A program made the translations under genes and the position numbers. Shown here one piece after another: positions 1 through 4,849 of a stretch of DNA of 24,000 nucleotides. Every line of letters starts with the position of its first letter. The stretch's first letter is position 1. The DNA comes from Frankia sp. CiP1_Cm_nod1 (GTDB lineage: Bacteria; Actinomycetota; Actinomycetes; Frankiales; Frankiaceae): NCBI GenBank assembly GCA_920888515.1, contig CAKKTM010000260.1, forward strand, positions 3,837 to 27,836, given 5' to 3'. The notes below the pieces were generated by a model. It worked only from the letters and a program-made list of their open reading frames with translations. It had not been told where the DNA came from and did no database searches.

Positions 1-572
1 CGTTCTCGCTGGGGAATACGTCCGCGACGGCCCGGCTGCGCGGCCGGGCCGGTGGGCAGCGATTCCTCTCCATTCTGGCCGCCACCCCTGGATCGCCCGC
101 CCTCCTTAAGCGGCAGGAACGAAACAGCCTGCACATCTTGATCTTTTTGCAGGCCCGCGACCTGTGAAGACGCTCCCGTGAATGCTTTTGTTAGTTCATC
201 ACGACCCCTAAGATCACCGACGCCGACATGCTGCTGACTGTCCAGATAGGTTGCGACGAGCCGCTGGAACACAGCGTTACCCGGATAGCGTCGGATGGCC
301 GCGCGCAGCAGCCTCCGGTAGGGCGCCTCGATGATCCCGGCATCGAATTCGAAGAAGATCTGGCCCCACCACTGTTCCGAGGTGCTGCCCTCCCGGCCCG
401 GGAGGCGTACCCGTGGAAATCCGATCTCATCCAGGACGATCGCCGCGGCGCCCCCTGTCGAGAAAACCGTGGCAATCTCGGTCAGGAAATCGTACCGATC
501 ACGCTGGCTCAGACGGATGTCGGGGCCGTCGGCCGGTGCTCTGGGTGCGTCACCGTACGCAGTCGGTGCCAC
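1..572 (-). CDS. Partial CDS (3' end off the left edge): protein with an N-terminal EAD1-like (effector-associated domain) helical adaptor module
   Basis: Not in the supplied ORF track because it has no in-window stop. My own minus-strand translation is open from 572 to position 1: VAPTAYGDAPRAPADGPDIRLSQRDRYDFLTEIATVFSTGGAAAIVLDEIGFPRVRLPGREGSTSEQWWGQIFFEFDAGIIEAPYRRLLRAAIRRYPGNAVFQRLVATYLDSQQHVGVGDLRGRDELTKAF... The pattern (GFP..lP, WW, helical LL.aa..YPGN near the end) resembles EAD1-type N-terminal adaptor modules as I remember them. The first plausible start is GTG at 572, which overlaps the ThiF 3' end by 64 nt; the start is uncertain. Third codon positions are mostly G/C. Confidence 0.45.
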   Translation of the reverse strand, partial: MAPTAYGDAPRAPADGPDIRLSQRDRYDFLTEIATVFSTGGAAAIVLDEIGFPRVRLPGREGSTSEQWWGQIFFEFDAGIIEAPYRRLLRAAIRRYPGNAVFQRLVATYLDSQQHVGVGDLRGRDELTKAFTGASSQVAGLQKDQDVQAVSFLPLKEGGRSRGGGQNGEESLPTGPAAQPGRRGRIPQRE

Positions 573-1681
573 TGGAAGCGCTCCCCCTCGGTGGTTGTCT
601 GAACGGTCAGGATCTCCCCGGGGGCGATTCCGAGGTCGTGCAGGCGCAGGGCGGGATCGGCGTCGCGGAGCCGTTCGCTGCGCCGGAGCCGTACGGCCCG
701 TCCGCAGCGCCGGCACCGCGGCGGCTGTCCTGGTTGTGCCGGTTGGTGTGGTTGTGCCGGTTGGTGTGGTTGTGCCGTGAGGTGAGCGTGGTTCTCGCCA
801 CAGTGATGGCAGCGTCCCGGGAGGGGGAAGGCCGCCCAGGCCAGTGGTTCCGCGCCGGCGGGCAGGGCTTCGAGCAGGTCGCCGACGGTGGCATGGTGGT
901 CGAGCGGCAGGGGGTGGACGGGTCCGTCCAACGGCCGGTGGTGCGGGCAGTCGGCGTCGCGGGTCAGGGTGACCGGGGCGGTGTCGCCGGTGGCGCCGTC
1001 GATCCGCAGCAGCCGGTACCGCGGCGGGCTGCCGAACAGGACGCGCAGCGCGACCAGTGTTATCCACCCGGCGACGATCGACGTGGACACGATCGACGCC
1101 GGCTGCGGGCCGTCCGGCCGGATCTCGGCGCAGCTCCACGGCAGGTCGGACTCGCCGCGCTGATGCGCGGTGAGCGAGCAGCCGTAGCAGGCCTCGGCCG
1201 GGTCCAGCCGCAGCCGGACCTCCCCGCCCCACGGGTGGGTGCCGCCGTCCACGAGCGCCGCGCCGACCAGCGTGGCCCGCCCGAGCAGGCGTAGCCGGGC
1301 GCGGCGGCTGTCCAGGCAGCCCAGGACGACCCCGGCGTCGGACAGCTCCCCGAGCCCGACCCCGGCGACCAGCTCGGCCGGCCGGGTCTCGACGGTGACG
1401 TCCGGGGCGATCCGGGACAGGGCGCCGGCCGCGGCGGTGGCCTTCGGGCGTCCGACGTCGTCCGGCCCGAGCAGCACGGTGCGGCTGAGGTTGCTCGCCG
1501 CGACCGTGTCCGGGTCGCAGAGGATCAGCCGTCCGACGCCGGCGAGCGCCAGGTTCTTGGCCACCTCGTTGCCGAGCGCGCCGACCCCGACGACCACCGC
1601 GGTGCTGGTGGCGAGCCGCTCCTGGTCCCAGTCGGGGATCAGCCGCTGCCGGGCGTAACGGTCCGCTGACGGTGAGCTCAC
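509..1681 (-). CDS. ThiF/MoeB/E1-like adenylyltransferase with a ~150-aa Cys/His-rich C-terminal extension
   Basis: 390-aa ORF with GTG start at 1681. Superfamily hallmarks: RYARQRLIPDWDQERL, Rossmann GVGALGNEVAKNLALAGVG, DPDTVAASNLSR, GCLDSRRARL, ACYGCSL. The C-terminal part (about 512-964) has CPHH...CHHCG...CRRCG zinc-ribbon-like cysteines, a PHQPAQ x3 repeat (18-bp repeat at 731-777) and a terminal LRLHDLGIAPGEILTVQT segment. Confidence 0.85.
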   Translation of the reverse strand: MSSPSADRYARQRLIPDWDQERLATSTAVVVGVGALGNEVAKNLALAGVGRLILCDPDTVAASNLSRTVLLGPDDVGRPKATAAAGALSRIAPDVTVETRPAELVAGVGLGELSDAGVVLGCLDSRRARLRLLGRATLVGAALVDGGTHPWGGEVRLRLDPAEACYGCSLTAHQRGESDLPWSCAEIRPDGPQPASIVSTSIVAGWITLVALRVLFGSPPRYRLLRIDGATGDTAPVTLTRDADCPHHRPLDGPVHPLPLDHHATVGDLLEALPAGAEPLAWAAFPLPGRCHHCGENHAHLTAQPHQPAQPHQPAQPGQPPRCRRCGRAVRLRRSERLRDADPALRLHDLGIAPGEILTVQTTTEGERFQWHRLRTVTHPEHRPTAPTSV

Positions 1682-1947
1682 CGATCCGCCCCGGCCGGGG
1701 CGTCCGCCAGGTCGGGCGTGGCGCGCACACGCTCATGCCACCGATCCGCCCCGGGCGGGCCGTCCGCACCTGGTTCACCGGCACGCGGGGCGCCCGCGTA
1801 CACGACATCCGTGTGTGGGCCGCCCTCGGGTGGCTGGCCGGCGGGTGGGCCGCCCGTCCGCGCTCCCTGGGCCGTGCTCACCGGGGGCGGTGGATGTACG
1901 CCGCCCTGGGGGACCACGTCCGCCCGCGTTCCGTGGGCCGTGGTCAC
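1678..1947 (-). CDS. Hypothetical small Pro/Gly/Ala-rich protein (89 aa), possibly only a spacer
   Basis: Sub-ORF of track ORF 1678..2082. GTG at 1947-1945 shares GTGA with the stop (1946-1944) of the upstream CDS. Its own stop (1680-1678) shares GTGA with the ThiF GTG start (1681-1679). Product VTTAHGTRADVVPQGGVHPPPPVSTAQGARTGGPPAGQPPEGGPHTDVVYAGAPRAGEPGADGPPGADRWHERVRATPDLADAPAGADR is low-complexity with no recognisable family. Confidence 0.3.
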   Translation of the reverse strand: MTTAHGTRADVVPQGGVHPPPPVSTAQGARTGGPPAGQPPEGGPHTDVVYAGAPRAGEPGADGPPGADRWHERVRATPDLADAPAGADR

Positions 1948-2942
1948 CGGTCCGCCACCCGGTTGAGGGTTACCGGGCAGTGGGTGAGCCCGCCGTCGGG
2001 CCGCCAGTCGTCCCAGCAGGTCAGGCCAGCGACCGGGTCCCGGTGCACGGCCGCCACGCAGACCTCGCGGTACATGCCGCACGGGCAGACCACCACCTGC
2101 TCGCCCGGCCGGAAGGTGTGCCCGCAGACCAGGCAGCCCGCGGCGTCCAGCCCCGGACCGGGCCGGGCGACCTGGGGCGCGTGCGCGGCGAGCCGGACGA
2201 CCGGTACGTCACCGGCCGGCGGCCAGGCGACGAGCAGGCCGGCGGCGAACGCGGCCAGCTCCTCAGCGTCCCCAGACGCGCCGTTCGCGCTGCTCCCGTT
2301 CGCGGTGCTCCCGTTCGCGGTGTCCTTCCCGGCGTTCCCGGTGCCCTCCCTCGCCCCCTTCGCCGCGTCCCTCGAGGTGTCCCGCGCGCTGGCTCCGCCG
2401 GACGCCGGGTGCCGGGCGTCCGGTGTCCCGTCGGCGCAGCGCAGCGCCGGGTCGAGGTGGACGACCGCGGTGGCGTCGCCGATGGCGGCGTCCGCCCGCA
2501 GACGGACCCGGTCCCCGCGGCGGAAGGTGTGCCTGCACCGGGCGCACCGCAGGTGCGTCCACCATGACTCCGAGTGGGTGACAGCGGCCCGGCTCCCGTC
2601 GCGGCCAGGCGGGCCGTCGTCCGCACGGCCCATCGCGGCGCCGGACGGTTGCGGGTCGAGCCCCGCTTCGACCCCGGCGTCGAGCTCAGCCGCCTCGTCG
2701 ACGCCACCCACACCGGCCCCGCCGCCCTCACCCACACCGGCCCCACCGGCCTCACCCACGCCGGCCCCACCGGCCTCACCCACGCCGGCCCCGCCGGCCT
2801 CACCCACGGTGGCCCCGCCGGCCTCACCCACGGCGGTATCGGCAGCGGCGGGCTCACCGGCGGCATCGCCGGCGCGGCCGGCGCGGCCGGCGCCATCGAC
2901 ATCGTCCGCGTCGGTGTCCGCGGGGCCGGAGCTCAGCCGCAC
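1944..2942 (-). CDS. Hypothetical Cys/His-rich protein with an internally duplicated zinc-ribbon / RING-like (treble-clef) module
   Basis: 332-aa ORF with GTG start at 2942. Module A (about 2436-2546): CARCRHTFRRGDRV...AVVHLDPALRC. Module B (about 1977-2135): CLVCGHTFRPGEQVVVCPCGMYREVCVAAVHRDPVAGLTCWDDWRPDGGLTHC. The two share CxxCxHTFRxGxxV and A-V-H-x-D-P...C. The N-terminal 100 aa are VGEAGGAG repeats (24-bp repeat), and the middle has ANGS repeats (15-bp repeat). Confidence 0.6.
   Translation of the reverse strand: MRLSSGPADTDADDVDGAGRAGRAGDAAGEPAAADTAVGEAGGATVGEAGGAGVGEAGGAGVGEAGGAGVGEGGGAGVGGVDEAAELDAGVEAGLDPQPSGAAMGRADDGPPGRDGSRAAVTHSESWWTHLRCARCRHTFRRGDRVRLRADAAIGDATAVVHLDPALRCADGTPDARHPASGGASARDTSRDAAKGAREGTGNAGKDTANGSTANGSSANGASGDAEELAAFAAGLLVAWPPAGDVPVVRLAAHAPQVARPGPGLDAAGCLVCGHTFRPGEQVVVCPCGMYREVCVAAVHRDPVAGLTCWDDWRPDGGLTHCPVTLNRVADR
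2707..2836. repeat. 24-bp tandem repeat, about 5.4 copies, in-frame (VGEAGGAG)
   Basis: cccac(a/g)ccggcccc(g/a)ccg(c/g)cctca repeated head to tail from 2707, inside CDS 1944..2942. Confidence 0.9.
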
Positions 2943-3319
2943 AGCATCTGCTCCGTGGCGCCACCGCCGAGGTCGGCCAGCAGCGCCTCCAGGACGGCCG
3001 GGCGGAACGCGTCACCGAGGATCTCCACCCCGGACCCGGTCACGGTGATCCGCACCCGGACCAGCCGGCCATCCGGATGATCGTCGTATTCGGACGCGTC
3101 GATGAGGTCCGGCAGGGACTCGACGAACGACGGCCCCTCATCACCGGCGGACGCCACCCGCAGGCCGCCGGCCGGCCCCTCGACACCTACGGGCTGCGCG
3201 GGCGCGGCCTCAACCGCGGCCTCGGCCCTGGCCTCGGTCTCAACCGCGCTCCCGGCCTCGGCCCGCAGAGGACCCCTGGTCGTGACGGGCCCGGCGGCCG
3301 GCCCCTCGAGGCCCGGCAC
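2933..3319 (-). CDS. Hypothetical small acidic protein (start uncertain, about 74-128 aa) ending ...ADLGGGATEQMLCG
   Basis: Track ORF 2933..3511 overlaps the radical SAM 3' end, so a later start is likelier. GTG at 3319 lies 5 nt after the radical SAM stop (3326-3324); another in-frame GTG gives VASAGDEG.... The better-looking C-terminal part is PSFVESLPDLIDASEYDDHPDGRLVRVRITVTGSGVEILGDAFRPAVLEALLADLGGGATEQMLCG. The stop (2935-2933) overlaps the next start (2942) by 10 nt. No family recognised. Confidence 0.4.
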   Translation of the reverse strand: MPGLEGPAAGPVTTRGPLRAEAGSAVETEARAEAAVEAAPAQPVGVEGPAGGLRVASAGDEGPSFVESLPDLIDASEYDDHPDGRLVRVRITVTGSGVEILGDAFRPAVLEALLADLGGGATEQMLCG

Positions 3320-3323
3320 GGCC

Positions 3324-4604
3324 TCAGCCGTCAGGGGGCTCCCGCTCCCGTGGCCCGGCGGGGCCGTCGGCCTCTGCGCCGGCTGTCTGGGCTCCTGCAC
3401 CGATCGTCCCCCATCGTCCCGGGACCGGCTGCCCGCAGTGCGGGCAGCGGCCGTGCGTGACCGCGGATTCCAGCGTCTCCCAGATGCCGCGTCGCACCAG
3501 CACGGTGTCACATGTCGGGCAGCGGGTCTGCCGGCCGGCGTCGCCGAGGGCCCGTTCGACGTAGACGAACCGCAGGCCGGCGTCCCGCCCGGCCGCCCGC
3601 GCCGCCGCCAGCGCCCGCGGGCTGGTCGGCGGCGGCCGGCGCATCCGGAAGTCCGGGGTGAAGCGCAGCAGGTGCCAGGGGATGCCCGGGTCGATCCCGG
3701 CGAGGTGGCGGGCGATGGCGCGCAGCGCCTCCGGCTCGGCGGACACCCCCGGGATCAGCGGTGTGGAGACCTCCACCCACACGCCGGCGGCGCGCAGCCG
3801 CTCGACCGCGTCCAGCACGGGACGCAGCGGCGCCCCGGTCAGCCGCCGGTGCGCGGCCTCGTCCGCGGCCTTGACGTCGATGTTCACCGCGTCCAGCGCG
3901 CCCGCGACCAGGTCGATCGCGGACGCGGTGAGGAAGCCGTTCGTCTTCCACACGATCGGCACGCCCGCCGGGGCGGCGAGGGCCGCGAGGTCGAGGGTCA
4001 GCTCCGGGGCGAGCCCGGGCTCGGCGTAGGACATGCCGAGGGACGCGCCGGCCGCCGCCGCCCGCTCGACCAGTTCGGCGGGCCGCGCGGGCCGGCCCGT
4101 CCAGGTGACGCCGTCGACCTGGCCGTACTGGGACAGCCGGTGGTTGACACAGTAGTTGCAGCGGAACGAGCATCCCGGCCCGGCGATCGTGAGCACCCTG
4201 CTGCCCGGCCGGACGTGGTACAGCGGCTTGCGCTCGATCGCGTCGAGGTGCTGGACGGCGAGGGCGTAGGTGGCGGTCTCCAGCACCCCGGCGTGGTTGC
4301 GCCGCACGGCGCACACACCGGTCTCCCCCGGCCCCAGCTCGCACCCGTGCGGGCACAGCAGGCAGCGAATCCGCCGGTCACCCGCGCCGCCGGCCCCGGC
4401 CGCGCCTCCGGCGGACACGTTCTCCCCGGACGGGCCTCCCGCGGACGGGCCTCCCGCGGGCGGGCCTCCGACGGGTTCGCCGAGGACAGCCGCCCGCCAC
4501 ACCGGCCCGCGCGAGCCGTCAGACACGACGCGTCCCAGACGTGTACGGCTGGTGACGATCCAGGTTGCCGGCCTGGTTGTGGGGGTGAGGACGGCGTAGG
4601 GCAT
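3324..4604 (-). CDS. Radical SAM enzyme, AmmeMemoRadiSam-system radical SAM (AmrS) / PflA-like subgroup
   Basis: 426-aa ORF with ATG at 4604. N-terminal CLLCPHGCELGPGETGVCAVRRNHAGVL. IERKPLYHVRPGS is followed by the CxxxCxxC radical SAM motif GCSFRCNYCVNHRLSQ. Further matches: WVEVSTPLIPGVS, IPWHLLRFTPDF, and a C-terminal zinc ribbon CPTCDTVLVRRG...GRCPHCGQPVPGRW. All are typical of AmrS-like proteins. The N-terminal GGPPAGGPSAGGPSG comes from a 15-bp x3 repeat (4428-4472). Confidence 0.85.
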   Translation of the reverse strand: MPYAVLTPTTRPATWIVTSRTRLGRVVSDGSRGPVWRAAVLGEPVGGPPAGGPSAGGPSGENVSAGGAAGAGGAGDRRIRCLLCPHGCELGPGETGVCAVRRNHAGVLETATYALAVQHLDAIERKPLYHVRPGSRVLTIAGPGCSFRCNYCVNHRLSQYGQVDGVTWTGRPARPAELVERAAAAGASLGMSYAEPGLAPELTLDLAALAAPAGVPIVWKTNGFLTASAIDLVAGALDAVNIDVKAADEAAHRRLTGAPLRPVLDAVERLRAAGVWVEVSTPLIPGVSAEPEALRAIARHLAGIDPGIPWHLLRFTPDFRMRRPPPTSPRALAAARAAGRDAGLRFVYVERALGDAGRQTRCPTCDTVLVRRGIWETLESAVTHGRCPHCGQPVPGRWGTIGAGAQTAGAEADGPAGPREREPPDG

Positions 4605-4752
4605 GTCGTCGGTGGCAGGGCCGCGCGGGGTGGGGCACCGCGGTGGGACAGCTGTCGGTGGCGGTTCTCGTCAGTGGCCGGGGAGGGTCGAAAGCGGCGT
4701 GGTCAGCCCTGCCATGCGTTTCCGGAGGAAACATTCCGGTGGATACCTCCAG

Positions 4753-4849
4753 CCGTAGGTGAAAAACGTCATGGCAACAGCGTTTTCCACCTACGGGTTC
4801 CGCGGCCGTAGGTGGAAAACGTCGGATCGGTAGCGGTTTTCACCTACGG
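4753..4849. repeat. Two tandem copies of a ~44-bp palindromic hairpin-forming element (53-bp period)
   Basis: Copy 1 (4753-4796): CCGTAGGTGAAAAACG-12 nt-CGTTTTCCACCTACGG. Copy 2 (4806-4849): CCGTAGGTGGAAAACG-12 nt-CGGTTTTCACCTACGG. Both are locally AT-richer than their surroundings. They straddle the stop codon (4793-4791) of the WD40 gene, so copy 2 encodes its last residues (GENRYRSDVFHLRP). Confidence 0.8.

Noticed and set aside
2933-3511. Calling the small acidic protein a ubiquitin-like beta-grasp (ThiS/MoaD/Ubl).
   Set aside because: Only about one hairpin plus one helix is visible before the GGG, too short for a full beta-grasp, and the terminus is CG rather than GG. I kept it only as a hypothesis in the findings.
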